This document shows positions 20,550-31,916 of a stretch of 64,000 bases of DNA, one piece after another (within the stretch, counting starts at the first letter, position 1; each line of letters opens with the position of its first letter). Made by a program: the position numbers and the translations under genes. The stretch is from an uncultured delta proteobacterium (GTDB lineage Bacteria > Desulfobacterota > Desulfuromonadia > Desulfuromonadales > JACZKF01), in contig CAWFKQ010000016.1 of NCBI GenBank assembly GCA_963816395.1, positions 192,001 to 256,000 of the forward strand, in the 5' to 3' direction. The notes beneath the pieces are model-generated. The model searched no databases and was not told the DNA's origin. It was given only the letters and a program-made list of their open reading frames with translations.

Positions 20550-23330
20550 TCATTGATTCAAGGCCTGGCGGCAGCGGCGGCAGACCGCGGGATGTTCAGC
20601 GCTTTCGCCGACCGTTTCAGCGTAGTTCCAGCAGCGCTCGCATTTTTCCCCGAGGGCCTTCTCCACCCCCACCTTCAGCTCGGGGATTTCCTCGCCGGTG
20701 AACGCCCCGGTCAACCCGCTGGTGAGCTCCACCTGGGAGACGATGAACAGGGTGGCCAGCTCGTCCCGGTATTCTTCCAGCAGCTGGCGCCATTGCCCCG
20801 CCGGTGCTTCGAGCCGGACCCGGGCGTCGAGGGAATGACCGATCCGCTTTTCATTGCGCGCCAGCTCCAGCGCCTTGCTGACTTCCGAGCGCACCGTCAG
20901 CAGCAGTTCGTAGCGGCTTTCGAGGTCGGCATCGAGCAGCCGCGATTCGAAGCGGGGGAAGGACGCCAGGTGCACGCTCGCCTCGCGCTCGCCGGGCAGA
21001 TAGCCCCAGATCTCGTCGGCGGTGAAGGAGAGCACCGGCGCGATGAGCCGGGTGAGAGCATCGAGGATGCGGTACATGGCGCTCTGGGCGCTACGCCGGG
21101 CCAGGCTTTTGGCCGGTGCGATGTACAGCCGATCCTTGAGCACGTCGAGGTAGAAGGCGCTCATGTCGATGCTGCAGAAGTTGTGCACCGCATGGTAAAG
21201 AATGTGGAACTCGTATTCCTCGTAGGCGCGTTCCACCCGGTTCACCAGCCCTTCCAGGCGGGAGAGTGCCCAGCGGTCGATTTCCAGCAGATCGCCGTCC
21301 GGGACGCTGTCGGCCACCGGATCGAAGTCGTGCAGATTGCCGAGGATGTAGCGGGCGGTATTGCGGATGCGCCGGTAGGCGTCTGCCAGCCGCTGCAGGA
21401 TCTCGTGGCTGATGCGGATATCGTCGCGGTAATCCTGGGCCGCCACCCACAGGCGCAGGATCTCGGCGCCGTACTTCTTGATGACCTCCTCGGGCGCGAT
21501 GACGTTCCCCATCGACTTGGACATCTTCTTGCCGGCGCCGTCGACCACGAAGCCGTGCGTGAGCACCGAGCGGTAAGGGGCGATCCCCCGGGTACCGACC
21601 GCCGCCAGCAGGCTGGAATGGAACCAGCCGCGATGCTGGTCCGAGCCCTCCAGGTAGAGATCGGCCGGGGCGTTCAGGTAGTCGCGCTGCTCGCAGACAG
21701 CGGCATAGGAGACGCCCGAGTCGAACCAGACGTCGAGGATGTCCGTCTCCTTGGTGAAGCCGCCGTGGCCGCATTGCGGACAGACGGTGCCCGGCGGCAG
21801 CAGCTCTGCCGCCTCCTTCTCGAACCACACATCGCTGCCGCCTTCCTCGAAAAGGTCGGCGACGTGATGCATGGTTTTGCCATCGGCCAGCGCTTCGCCG
21901 CATTTCTCGCAGTAGAAGACGGTGATCGGCACCCCCCAGCTGCGCTGGCGGCTGACGCACCAGTCGGGGCGGTTTTCGATCATGCCGTAGATGCGCTCGC
22001 GTCCCCAGCGGGGAATCCACCGCACATCGTTGATGTGCTGCAGCGACTTCTGCCGCAGTTCGTTCGCCTCCATGGAGATGAACCACTGCTCGGTGGCGCG
22101 GAAGATGATCGGCTGCTTGCAGCGCCAGCAGTGCGGATAGCTGTGCACCACCTTCCCCGCCTTGAGCAGCGCCCCGACCTCCCTGAGCTTTTCAATGACC
22201 GCCGCATTGGCGTCGGTGATCTTCATGCCGCCGAAGAATTCCACCTCGTCCCGGTAGCGGCCGTAATCGTCCACCGGATTGTAGATGTCGAGGCCGTAGC
22301 GCAGCCCGGTCAGGTAGTCGTCCTGGCCGTGCCCGGGGGCGGTGTGGACGCAGCCGGTCCCCGCCTCCAGGGTGACGTGGTCGCCGAGGACGATGATCGA
22401 AGGGCGGTCGTAAAACGGATGGCGGCAGCTCTTCCGCTCGAAAGGGGGCGCGGCGAAGGTGGTGAGCACCCGGTACTCGCCGATCCCCAGTTCCCGCATG
22501 ACCTGCTCGATGAGCCCCTCGGCCATCACCAGGACCTCCTCGCCGACTTCGACCGCCGCGTAGGGGAGCTCGGGATTGAGGGCGACCGCCAGGTTGGCGG
22601 GGATGGTCCAGGGGGTGGTGGTCCAGATGACGAAAGAGAGCTTCCGTCCGGCCAGCTGTTCCAGGCCGGCCGGCAGCTGGTCGGCAAAGGGGAACTTGAC
22701 ATAGATGGAAGGGGAGGTGTGATCGGCGTACTCCACCTCTGCCTCGGCCAGGGCGGTGACGCAGGAGGCGCACCAGTGGACCGGCTTCTTTCCCTTGTAC
22801 AGGCCGCCGGCTTCGGCGAACCGGGCCAGCTCGCGAGCGATGACCGCTTCGTAATCGGCGGTCATGGTCAGATAGGGGCGATCCCACTCGCCGAGTACCC
22901 CCAGGCGCTCGAATTCCTGCCGCTGGGTTTCCACCCACTGTTTGGCATAGGCGCGGCATTCCCTGCGCACCTCGACCTTACTCATGGAGCGTTTCTTCTC
23001 GCCCAGCTGGCGGTCCACCATCAGCTCGATGGGGAGGCCGTGACAATCCCACCCCGGCACATAGGGGGCGCAAAAGCCCTGCAGCCGCCGGCTCTTGATG
23101 ATGATGTCCTTGAGGATCTTGTTCAGCGCGTGGCCGATGTGGATATGGCCGTTGGCATAGGGAGGACCGTCATGCAGGGTGAAGTTCGGCCGGCCGCGCC
23201 CGGCCTCATCGAGTTTCCGGTGCAGGGCGAGCGTATCCCATCTCTTGAGCATCTCCGGTTCCCGCTGGGGCAGATTGGCCCGCATGGGGAAATCGGTGAC
23301 CGGCAGATTGAGGGTGTCCTTGTAGTCCAT
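20550..23330 (-). CDS. ileS: Isoleucine--tRNA ligase
   Basis: [19 protein letters not shown]-terminal CERCW zinc finger; intact 926 aa. Confidence 0.99.
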   Translation of the reverse strand: MDYKDTLNLPVTDFPMRANLPQREPEMLKRWDTLALHRKLDEAGRGRPNFTLHDGPPYANGHIHIGHALNKILKDIIIKSRRLQGFCAPYVPGWDCHGLPIELMVDRQLGEKKRSMSKVEVRRECRAYAKQWVETQRQEFERLGVLGEWDRPYLTMTADYEAVIARELARFAEAGGLYKGKKPVHWCASCVTALAEAEVEYADHTSPSIYVKFPFADQLPAGLEQLAGRKLSFVIWTTTPWTIPANLAVALNPELPYAAVEVGEEVLVMAEGLIEQVMRELGIGEYRVLTTFAAPPFERKSCRHPFYDRPSIIVLGDHVTLEAGTGCVHTAPGHGQDDYLTGLRYGLDIYNPVDDYGRYRDEVEFFGGMKITDANAAVIEKLREVGALLKAGKVVHSYPHCWRCKQPIIFRATEQWFISMEANELRQKSLQHINDVRWIPRWGRERIYGMIENRPDWCVSRQRSWGVPITVFYCEKCGEALADGKTMHHVADLFEEGGSDVWFEKEAAELLPPGTVCPQCGHGGFTKETDILDVWFDSGVSYAAVCEQRDYLNAPADLYLEGSDQHRGWFHSSLLAAVGTRGIAPYRSVLTHGFVVDGAGKKMSKSMGNVIAPEEVIKKYGAEILRLWVAAQDYRDDIRISHEILQRLADAYRRIRNTARYILGNLHDFDPVADSVPDGDLLEIDRWALSRLEGLVNRVERAYEEYEFHILYHAVHNFCSIDMSAFYLDVLKDRLYIAPAKSLARRSAQSAMYRILDALTRLIAPVLSFTADEIWGYLPGEREASVHLASFPRFESRLLDADLESRYELLLTVRSEVSKALELARNEKRIGHSLDARVRLEAPAGQWRQLLEEYRDELATLFIVSQVELTSGLTGAFTGEEIPELKVGVEKALGEKCERCWNYAETVGESAEHPAVCRRCRQALNQ

Positions 23331-23525
23331 TGGGTTCTCCCGTGGCGCTCGGAGATGAAAAAATCAAGACCCAATAAACTAGCAAAACGGTTGATTAAGT
23401 CAAGGAAAAAGGTCTGTAAGGAGGGTAGCGTGGTGCTGCCGGCGGGCAAATGCCGACTGCCGCCGACGCGGGAAATCCGACGGTACCGCCGCGAGCCGCT
23501 CTTCATTCGCCAGGCGGTGGGGAAA

Positions 23526-23705
23526 TCAGGCGTTCACGGCCTTGCCGAGGTGGTAATCGTGCTCCAGTTGAAGCAGGGTCTGGCGCAGCAGGTCGGAGAT
23601 GTTGACCCCGCATTTTTTCGCCAGTTCCTGCAGGGTCTGCAGTTCCTGGTCGTCGACGCGGCAGGAGACGATGAATCTTTTGGGGTTGTCGACCGTCTTG
23701 CCCAT
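23526..23705 (-). CDS. HgtR-like ribbon-helix-helix repressor
   Basis: MGKTVDNPKRFIVSCRVDDQELQTLQELAKKCGVNISDLLR; resembles Geobacter HgtR from memory; GGAG RBS. Confidence 0.7.
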   Translation of the reverse strand: MGKTVDNPKRFIVSCRVDDQELQTLQELAKKCGVNISDLLRQTLLQLEHDYHLGKAVNA

Positions 23706-23766
23706 GGTGCAGCTCCTTTGCATTGTTTGGCCGTGAAGGCGACGAGTTCATTCTCCCGTATACGTC

Positions 23767-23782
23767 TGCAAGTGGGTTGCCA
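23767..23782 (-). promoter_or_regulatory. sigma54 -24/-12 promoter
   Basis: TGGCAACCCACTTGCA on the minus strand. Confidence 0.75.
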
Positions 23783-23938
23783 TTTTTACCAGAGTGACCG
23801 GGAAAACAAAAATATATCATAGATTACATATAGATGGAAAAATTTCCGGCGGTGGACGGGAGGATCGTTGAACGCCAGAGCGGGACAGAATGACACATGG
23901 ATGGACAGATGGAGGCAGCCACCAGGCCGCCGGAGAAA

Positions 23939-25252
23939 TCAGACAGATGGCCGGCTGAGCCGGGAGAGGAGGGCATAGCCGGAAAGGCCGGCCAGCAGGG
24001 AGGCGGCAAAGATGCCGACCTTGGCACTGGTGACCAACTCCGGCTGGACGAAAGCCAGGTTGGTGATGAAGATGGACATGGTGAAGCCGATGCCGCCGAG
24101 CAGACCGATGCCGAAAACCTGCGGCCAGCCGGCGCCCCTGGGCAGATCGCTCAGCCCCAGTCGAACCGCCAGCCAGGAGAAGACCATTATGCCGAGCGGT
24201 TTGCCGGCCAGCAGGCCGAGAAGTGTTCCCTGGGTTGCCGGATGGCTGAAGGCGGCGGCCAGCTCGCCTGGACTGAGGGAGACGCCGGCATTGGCCAGGG
24301 CAAAAACCGGCATCACGCCATAGATCACCCAGTCGTTCATGACGTGTTCCATCCGCTGCAGCGGGCTCATGGCGTCATGGCAGATACTTTCCATGGCCAG
24401 CAGAGTCCCCAGCTTCTCTTCATGCTGGAACGGACCCTCGATGGTCTTGAGTTCCCGGTAGCGCTGCAGCAATCTCTCCGTCTTATCCAGGAAAGCCACA
24501 TGGCTGTGGCGCGGGCGAACGGGAATGGTGGCCCCGATCAGGACGCCGGCAATGGAGGCGTGGACGCCGGACTTGAGCAGGGCAAGCCACAGGCAAAAAC
24601 CGATCAGGGCATAGAAATTGGGGTGCTGTATGCCCAGGCGGTTGCCGGCTGCCAGCACAATCCAGAAACCCGCGGCGATTCCCAGGTGGGAGAGAGAGAG
24701 ATCGCCGGTGTAAAAAACGGCAATCACCAGGACGGCGCCGAGATCGTCGACAATGGCCAGGGCGGTGAGAAAGATGGCCAGGGAGCGGGGGATACGGTCT
24801 CCCAGCAGAGCGATCACCCCGAGGGCGAAAGCGATGTCGGTGGCCATCGGAATGCCCCAGCCGAGGGAAGCCGGCGGCTGTCGGTTGAGCAGGGCAAAAA
24901 GGGCGGCGGGGACGACCATGCCGCCGAGGGCGGCAGCGATCGGGAGGATCGCCTGGCGCCGGTTGGCCAGTTCGCCGGCGAGGAATTCGCGCTTGATTTC
25001 CAGGCCGACGACAAAGAAAAAGACCGCCATCAGGCCGTCATTAATCCAGAAATGCAGGCTTTCGCTGAGGCCGAAGGGGGCGAAGCCGACGGTCAGTTCC
25101 AGCTCCCAGAAATGATGATAGTGCTCGGCCGCCGGCGAGTTGGCCAGAATCAGGGCGAGAACGGCCGCCGCCAGCAGGACGATGCCGCCGGAGGCCTGGC
25201 GCTTGAAGAAATCCTCGAAGGGACGGAGCAGGGAGGCGAGCTGCAGTGGCAC
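23939..25252 (-). CDS. nhaA: Na+/H+ antiporter NhaA
   Basis: WINDGLMAVFF, GWGIPMATDIAF, LAIVDDLGA, GIGFTMSIF. Confidence 0.96.
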   Translation of the reverse strand: MPLQLASLLRPFEDFFKRQASGGIVLLAAAVLALILANSPAAEHYHHFWELELTVGFAPFGLSESLHFWINDGLMAVFFFVVGLEIKREFLAGELANRRQAILPIAAALGGMVVPAALFALLNRQPPASLGWGIPMATDIAFALGVIALLGDRIPRSLAIFLTALAIVDDLGAVLVIAVFYTGDLSLSHLGIAAGFWIVLAAGNRLGIQHPNFYALIGFCLWLALLKSGVHASIAGVLIGATIPVRPRHSHVAFLDKTERLLQRYRELKTIEGPFQHEEKLGTLLAMESICHDAMSPLQRMEHVMNDWVIYGVMPVFALANAGVSLSPGELAAAFSHPATQGTLLGLLAGKPLGIMVFSWLAVRLGLSDLPRGAGWPQVFGIGLLGGIGFTMSIFITNLAFVQPELVTSAKVGIFAASLLAGLSGYALLSRLSRPSV

Positions 25253-25390
25253 GGGAATTCTTCCTTTTGCAGGCCGGACCGGATCGGCGGCAGATTGGGG
25301 TGCAGACTAAAAGTATAGGTCAGCAGGTAAGAGGCGCAACTGTCCGATGTTGACACGGAAGGCGAGGATTGCAGAATGGAAGGGAGGCGC

Positions 25391-26138
25391 ATGGAGCAGG
25401 AGATGACGGAACCGACTCCAGGTCAACCGCGTCCGCCGCTTCTGGTGAGCGATTACGACGGGACCCTGGCCGAGCATGGCCGGGTGGCGCCGGCCACGGT
25501 GGCCGCTCTCGCCCGGCTGCGCCGCGCCGGGGGACGGCTGGTGCTGGTGACCGGACGTCAGTTGGAGGATCTGCGGACGGTTTTTCCCCAGCTCGACCTG
25601 TTCGATTTCGCGGTGGCGGAAAACGGCGCTCTGCTCCACCAGCCGGTCGGAACGGAACACTGTCCTGCTCGCCGCACCGCCGCCGGCAACCTTTGTCCGC
25701 CGCCTGGAGCGCCTGGGCGTCGCACCGCTGTCGGTCGGCCGGGTCATCGTCGCCACCGACCTGCCCTGGCTCGAGCCGGTGCAGAGGGTCATCGATGAGC
25801 TTGGCCTGGCGTTGCGGATCATCCGCAACAAGGGGGCGGTCATGGTCCTTCCCGCTGGCGTGGATAAGGCTAGCGGGATGCGGGAGGCGTTGCGCCGGCT
25901 GGGACTCGCCCCGGCCGCGGCCCTGGGGATCGGCGATGCGGAAAACGATCTTGACTTTCTGGCGGCCTGCGGCTGGCCGGTGGCGGTTGCCGATGCCCTG
26001 CCCGCCGTGCGGGAGGCGGCCCTCCTGGTGACGGCCGCCGCGAACGGCGGCGGCGTCCGGGAAGCGGTGAGGCGCCTGCTCTCCGGCGATCTTCCCCCGC
26101 CCCGGGGAGATCATTGGCTTTACACTGGCAGGTCCTGA
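25391..26138 (+). CDS. HAD family hydrolase (Cof/IIB type), frameshifted
   Basis: SDYDGTL, VTGR, AENGA, GVDKASG, GDAEND. Confidence 0.85.
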
Positions 26139-26477
26139 CCCTGCCCAGCCACCCGGCCGCGAGGGGATGCGGAGAAGCCTTAAAGTCCGAATTCGCTTGA
26201 AAGAGAGAGACATCTAATTTATACAAGGACCTGGTTTCTTCCCTCGGTGATCGCGAAGACTAATCGGAAAAGGCCAAATCTTCGACCCGACATCGGTGCT
26301 TTCTCCGTAGATTCTGTCTTTTTCCAACTATATGAAATTACTCTAGTCAAGACTAGACATCGGGTCGCAGAACCACCGATGTCTGATGTAAAAAGAACAG
26401 TGATTGACTAGACTCTGGCCGAACTGTGGCGGAAGCGATCCGCCCCGCACCATCAACCTTTTTCAGGAGGAAAAAAA

Positions 26478-26762
26478 ATGAAACGTCTGCTGGTCGTCAT
26501 GCTCGTTGCCGCCTTCGCGTTTGCCGGCTCCCTGTCCGCTTTCGCCGCCGGCCCGGAAGTCATCAAGTTCCCGGCAAAAATGGGTGAAGTGACCTTCCCC
26601 CATCACCATCATCAGGAGACCCTCCGCAGCTGCAAGCCCTGCCACGAAAAGGCCCCCGGGAAAATCGAAGGGTTCGGCAAGGACTGGGCGCACAAGACCT
26701 GCAAAGGCTGCCATCAGGAAAAAGGGGTTCCCACCACCTGCAAGACCTGCCACAAGAAGTAA
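26478..26762 (+). CDS. Periplasmic triheme cytochrome c7 (PpcA family)
   Basis: Signal peptide, VTFPHxxH, three CxxCH motifs, GKIEGFGKDWAH. Confidence 0.95.
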   Translation: MKRLLVVMLVAAFAFAGSLSAFAAGPEVIKFPAKMGEVTFPHHHHQETLRSCKPCHEKAPGKIEGFGKDWAHKTCKGCHQEKGVPTTCKTCHKK

Positions 26763-26785
26763 TCGGTACTTTAAAAAGCTTTCCA

Positions 26786-26813
26786 AAGGGCCGCTGGCAA
26801 CAGCGGCCCTTTT
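26786..26813 (+). terminator. Intrinsic terminator
   Basis: AAGGGCCGCTG-GCAA-CAGCGGCCCTTTT. Confidence 0.9.
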
Positions 26814-26862
26814 GCTTGCCAGCCAGTGAAATAGTGAGGTAGCGAGATTGGGGGAAGAGATT

Positions 26863-27540
26863 TTAAGTGGGACCGCTTCCGGTCAGCTCCTGGCCGAAAG
26901 GGCAGCGGCCGAGGAGGGGGCATTCGGGGCAAAGGGGGGTCTTGCGGCAGAGGCTTTTACAGTGTTCGACAATCAGGGCGTGATATTCATTGAACAGGTC
27001 GGGATCGGCGGGGAGGTGCTCCATGAACAGCAGCCCGGATCGCCTCGTAGGATTCGTCCCCGCGCAGCAGCCGCAGGCGGGTGAAGAGGCGGCGGGTATA
27101 GGCATCGACCACGAAGGAGGGGCGGCCGCCGGCGTAGAGGAGAATGGAGTCGGCGGTCTCCGGGCCGATCCCCTTCAAGGCGAGCAGATCGCGACGGACC
27201 GCGTCCAGGTCGCCGGCGAGCATGGCAGCAAGATCGCCGCCGAAGCGGGCGAAGAGATGGGCGGTGAAGAGCTGCAGGCGTTCGGCTTTCTGGCGGAAGA
27301 ACCCGGCGGGGCGGATCAGCTTCTCCAGTTCGGCTCGCGGCAGACTGAGCAGCGGCTCCGGGGTGAGGGTGCCGGCCGCCCGCAGATGGGCAATGGCCCG
27401 CTCCACGTTGCGCCAGTTGGTGTTCTGGGTGAGTATCGCCCCGACCACCACCTCGAACGGCGTCTCCGCCGGCCACCAGTGCAGCGGGCCGTAATGGGCG
27501 GCGAGACGGTCGAAAATAGTCGGAAAGACGTGTTTTCCAT
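26863..27540 (-). CDS. Endonuclease III-related HhH-GPD protein, frameshifted
   Basis: GAILTQNTNW, GIGPETADSILLY, VVDAYT, C-terminal Cys cluster. Confidence 0.88.
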
Positions 27541-27659
27541 TGCTTGCCTTTCGAGCGCGCCCTGATCGCGGCCGCGTCCGATCCGTCAAATCTTTTGGAT
27601 GCGTGACCGATCGAATCTGTCCGACGCGGCCGAGCAACTGGCTCTACGAATCATCAGCC

Positions 27660-28736
27660 TTAGGCCAGTTCCGCCAGCCGGTCCGCCACCACCTCATCGC
27701 CGTTCGCCGGCAGGCTCTCCGCGGGTTTGGGCTGGGCCAGGAGCGCCTCCAGGTCCAGGCCGAAAGCTCCCCGCCGCAACCGGTCGTTGGCGATCTCCCG
27801 CGCCCGGGTATAGCGGTGCAGGGCGGCCACCAGAAGTGGCTGCTCGCGGAAATTGCCGCGCGGGGTATAAAGAACCGGCCGTCGGTTGGCAATGGCTTCC
27901 GAGACGATGCCATAGCCCGGCTTGGTGACCACCACATCAGCGGCGCGCACCAGGTCGGGATAGTGAAAGCCCCCGGCCGGAATGCCCCGCAGGTTCTGCG
28001 CCGTCCCAACCAGTTCCGGTTCCCCCAGAAAAACCCAGCCGTCCAGCCGCGCCAGGGCACTGAAATCGAACTCCTGCAGGCCGAAGCCGCCGAAGGAGAG
28101 CAGCGCGGTCCGGATCCCCGCCAGGTATTTCCAGCCGGCGCCGGACTTCGGCCGGAGGGAGGACCGCCCGTCGGGCTACCAGCGGCGTATCCTCGATCCG
28201 CCGGAAGGCGGGAAATTCGCCGTGAAACGGCAGCCGCAGCAGCAGGTCGGCGCAGCGGTAATCCTCCCGCATGGAGGCCAGCACGTCATCGTAGCCGGGA
28301 TGGCCGGCGGCCAGCCCTTCGTAGATCCAGTCCCAGGAGAAATTGGAGATCCCCACGGACGGAATGCCGGCCGCCCGGGCGGCGGCGAAAGCGGCGGGGG
28401 GGATATCCGCCGCCACCAGGGTAATTCCGTCCCGGGACAGACTGGCGGTCTCCTCCGCAACACGGCGGGCGCGCTCGGGAAGAAATCCCGATAGGCGCGC
28501 AGCGTTTCCTCTTCCTGTAGAAGCAGGCTGTCGCGCTGCAGGACGCCGAAATCGAGGCGGGCCCTGCGCACCGGCACCGAAGGATCGAGAAAGCCCTGGA
28601 AGAACCAGGGGTGGGCATCGGAGACGACCTCCACCGCCACCTGCGGATGGCGCCGGCGCAGGGTATTGATGATCTGGCAGGAGCGGCTGGCATGCCCCAG
28701 GCCGTGGCCGGTGATGTAGTAGCGGATTTTCTTCAT
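27660..28736 (-). CDS. GT-B fold glycosyltransferase-like protein, frameshifted
   Basis: YYITGHGLGHASR, SNFSWDWIY, ADVVVTKPGYGIVSE. Confidence 0.7.
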
Positions 28737-28810
28737 GGCGCAGCATTCATATCATAGCCGGACACCGCGGGCAACCGGAGTGAGCGAAACCGCTATCGAC
28801 AAGGCATTAC

Positions 28811-28885
28811 TCACGCGAAGCCGCAAAGAGCGCGAAAGATAACAGGATTTGCATTTTTCGTTCGTCTTCGCGTCTGCGCGTGAAA
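28811..28885. repeat. CGC(A/G)AAG 9-mer-periodic palindromic repeat
   Basis: TCACGCGAAGCCGCAAAGAGCGCGAAAG..CTTCGCGTCTGCGCGTGA. Confidence 0.6.
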
Positions 28886-29037
28886 AATCTCTTTTTTCAG
28901 CTTCGGGACATCGGAGCGAGGCGGATGAAGCTTTTTTTCTTCATGAGTGGAAGTCTTCGGAATCCTTGCTATTCTTTCACCTTGCTACGCCAATCGACGG
29001 CCGGCCCGCGTCCGGCTCGAACCCAAGGAGGTAAAGG

Positions 29038-30679
29038 ATGGAAGAGATGTTCTGTTACCAGTGTGAACAAGCCGCCCAGGGAACGGGCTGCACAAAGATC
29101 GGCGTCTGCGGCAAGCAGCCGGATGTCGCTGCACTGCAGGATCTGATCGTCTGGGGGCTCAAGGGGATGGGCTTCTGGGCCGATCAGGCCCGGCAGAAAG
29201 GGGCGATCGACCGCGACATCGACGCCCATATGGTCGAGGGGCTTTTCACCACCGTCACCAACGTCAACTTCGACCCGGACAAGCTGGCCGAGGTCGCCCG
29301 CAAGACGTCGCGGATGCGGGACCAGGCGCAGCAGCTGTTCGAAAAGGCCAACGGCGGCCCGTTCCAGGGGGAGGTTCCGGAGGCGGCCCGGCCGTGGTCG
29401 GCGAGCCGGTTCCACCGCCGATCTGGTCGCCGAAGGGCGCAAACACCCGGTGCCGGATCCGTCCGTCGATCCCGACGTGAAATCGGTTATGGAACTGCTC
29501 GTCTACGGCTGCAAGGGGATGGCCGCCTACGCCTACCACGCCAACCACCTGGGGCACAGCGATCCCGAGATCTTCGGTTTCATCCACAAGGCGATGGCCG
29601 CCACCCTCGACCGGAACAAGGGGCTGATGGACTTCGTCAATCTCTGCATGGAATGCGGTACGGTCAATCTCAAGACGCAGCAGGCGCTGTACGAGGGGCA
29701 TGCCGAGCACTACGGGCATCCGCAGCCGACGAAGGTAAATATCGGCAACCGCGGCGGCAAGGCGATCATCGTCTCCGGGCATGACCTGATGATGCTCGAG
29801 GCGCTGCTGAAGCAGACCGAGGGGAAGGGGATCAGCGTCTACACCCACGTGGAGATGCTCCCCGCCCACGGCTATCCCGAGCTGAAAAAATACGCGCATC
29901 TCGCCGGCAACTACGGCGGCGGCTGGCAGGATCAGTACAAGGAATTCTCCCGCTTCCCCGGCGCCATCATCTTCAACACCAACTGCATCCAGCGCCCGGC
30001 CGAAGTCTACAAGGACCGCCTCTTCACCTGGGGGCTGGTGCAGTGGCCGGGGGTGAAGCACATCGAGGGGATGGATTTCTCGCCGGTGATCGAGGCGGCG
30101 CTGGCGGCGGACAGCTGGGACGACAATCCGCAGAAGGAGATCCTCACCGGCTGCGGCCACCACGCCATCATCGGCATGGCCGACAAGGTGATCGAGGCGG
30201 TCAAGAGCGGCCAGATCCGCCGCTTCTATGTCATCGGCGGCTGCGATGGCGCCAAGCCCGGGCGCAATTATTACACCCGCATGGCCGAGCAACTGCCGAA
30301 GGATACCGTGATTCTCACCCTCGCCTGCGGCAAGTACCGCTTCAACAAGCTTGACCTCGGGGATATCGGCGGCATCCCGCGCCTGCTCGACGTCGGCCAG
30401 TGCAACGACACCTACTCGGCGGTGCAGGTGGCTCTCGCCCTGGCCAATGCCTTCAACTGCGGGGTGAACGATCTGCCGCTGTCGGTGATCCTCTCCTGGT
30501 ACGAGCAGAAGGCGATCGTCTGTCTGCTCAGCCTGCTCTCCCTGGGCATGCTGAATATCCGCATCGGGCCGTCGCTGCCGGCCTTCGTCACCCCCAACGT
30601 GCTCAACTTCCTGGTCGAGAAGTTCAAGGTGGCGCCGATCGGCACGGTGGAGGAGGATATCCGGGCGACGCTGGGCTGA
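29038..30679 (+). CDS. hcp: Hybrid cluster protein (hydroxylamine reductase), frameshift near 29420
   Basis: MFCYQCEQ..C..GVCGK; SGHDL, GGCDG, LACGK, GQCND, SWYEQK. Confidence 0.96.
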
Positions 30680-30700
30680 GAAAAGCCCGCAAAGGACGAA

Positions 30701-30735
30701 AAAAGCGCAGGGGAGAGAAAATCCTCTGCGCTTTT
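30701..30735. terminator. Bidirectional terminator between convergent genes
   Basis: AAAAGCGCAG..CTGCGCTTTT. Confidence 0.65.
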
Positions 30736-30810
30736 CTGTCTGGAAATCGAGTTAAGAAAGGGTGCTGGGATGCGGTCCGACTTGGCCACCGCGTGGTTCC
30801 GGGCCTTCTG

Positions 30811-31854
30811 TCAATGGCTATGCCGATGGTGTATATCGGGCCAGTGGACGTGGACATGCTCTATGGGTTCATGCACATGGTAATGGTCATGGTTCCCTTC
30901 GTTTTCGGCGTCCTCGTGACGATGGAGGTGGTGCTCGTCATGCGCATGTTGATGGGCATGGGCCAGCCGTTCGTGCCGGTGGACGTGCAGATGCCTTTCT
31001 CCATAAAGGAAAAACATCCCGGAGAGCATGAGGACGGCAGCCATCCAAAACGTCCCGGGGGGCTGTTCGCCAAGAACGATGACCGAAAGGCTGGCGCCGA
31101 TGAAGGGTCCTGATGCGAACCAAGTGCTGGTTCTTGCCGACCCGATTTCCCTCAGTGCCTGAATGAAAAGGACCAGGCTTGCCCCATAGCTGAGCGCGCC
31201 GATTGCGAGAGATCCCGAGACTTGAAAGGGTGTCGCCTGGCTCTTGAACAGGGCAAGGGAGAGAAAGACGTTGAAAAGCCCGGCACTCCATCCCTTCAGG
31301 CATGCCAGCAAGGTGGGAGAAAGGGTCTCCAGCTCCCGGGTCAGGTTATTGTCGACGCCCCACAGGAAGCAGGCAGCAAGCACGCAAAGACCCGGGATCG
31401 ACAGTGGGACATCGCCGCTGCCGGTAAGGACGACGAGGAGCGAGGCTCCGACGATGAAGAGCTTGCCGATCCAGACCCTCTGTCCGATGTGCTCACGAAA
31501 GATCAGCCACGCCAGCAGAGTGGTTGCGACGGCTTCGAAATTGAGCAGCAGTGACACCTCAGTGGCTGTCCCATAGCGGATGCCATACGCCAGGAAGAGC
31601 GGTGCGGCCACTCCTCCGGACAGGATCGCCCCGGCAAGATTGCCCCATTGCCGCCAGGAAAGGGCAGCCAGGATTTTGCCGACATCAAGACGTTGGCGGT
31701 AGACCAACCCTGTCAGGCCCAGGCCCGATCCCAGATACAGAAGGCCGGCGAGAAGCGATGGTGACATCTGCCCCACAATAGCCTTGCAGGCGACTGGGGA
31801 CAGGCCAAACAGGAAGGCGGAGAGTATCGCCGAATGGAGACCCTTTTTCTTCAT
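30811..31854 (-). CDS. EamA/DMT transporter with His-rich C-terminal tail
   Basis: About 10 TM helices, WGVDNNLTR, tail ..HVHVHWPDIHHRHSH. Confidence 0.9.
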   Translation of the reverse strand: MKKKGLHSAILSAFLFGLSPVACKAIVGQMSPSLLAGLLYLGSGLGLTGLVYRQRLDVGKILAALSWRQWGNLAGAILSGGVAAPLFLAYGIRYGTATEVSLLLNFEAVATTLLAWLIFREHIGQRVWIGKLFIVGASLLVVLTGSGDVPLSIPGLCVLAACFLWGVDNNLTRELETLSPTLLACLKGWSAGLFNVFLSLALFKSQATPFQVSGSLAIGALSYGASLVLFIQALREIGSARTSTWFASGPFIGASLSVIVLGEQPPGTFWMAAVLMLSGMFFLYGERHLHVHRHERLAHAHQHAHDEHHLHRHEDAENEGNHDHYHVHEPIEHVHVHWPDIHHRHSH

Positions 31855-31916
31855 TTCACCTGGTTCTCAGTTGTCGGCGTTGTTTTGCAACCAATGGAAT
31901 TCGCCGGCTTGGGCAG

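Noticed and set aside
23331..23520. T-box upstream of ileS
   Set aside because: No T-box consensus was seen, and the leader is short.
20553..23822. 1089-aa plus-strand ORF and other long antisense ORFs (e.g. 50198-52540, 14565-16334)
   Set aside because: They are shadow frames of high-GC genes on the opposite strand, with no recognisable motifs.
26140..26470. Cyclic dinucleotide (GEMM) riboswitch upstream of cytochrome c7
   Set aside because: The conserved GGCAAAC..GAAA..GACGCAAAG core was not found by eye.
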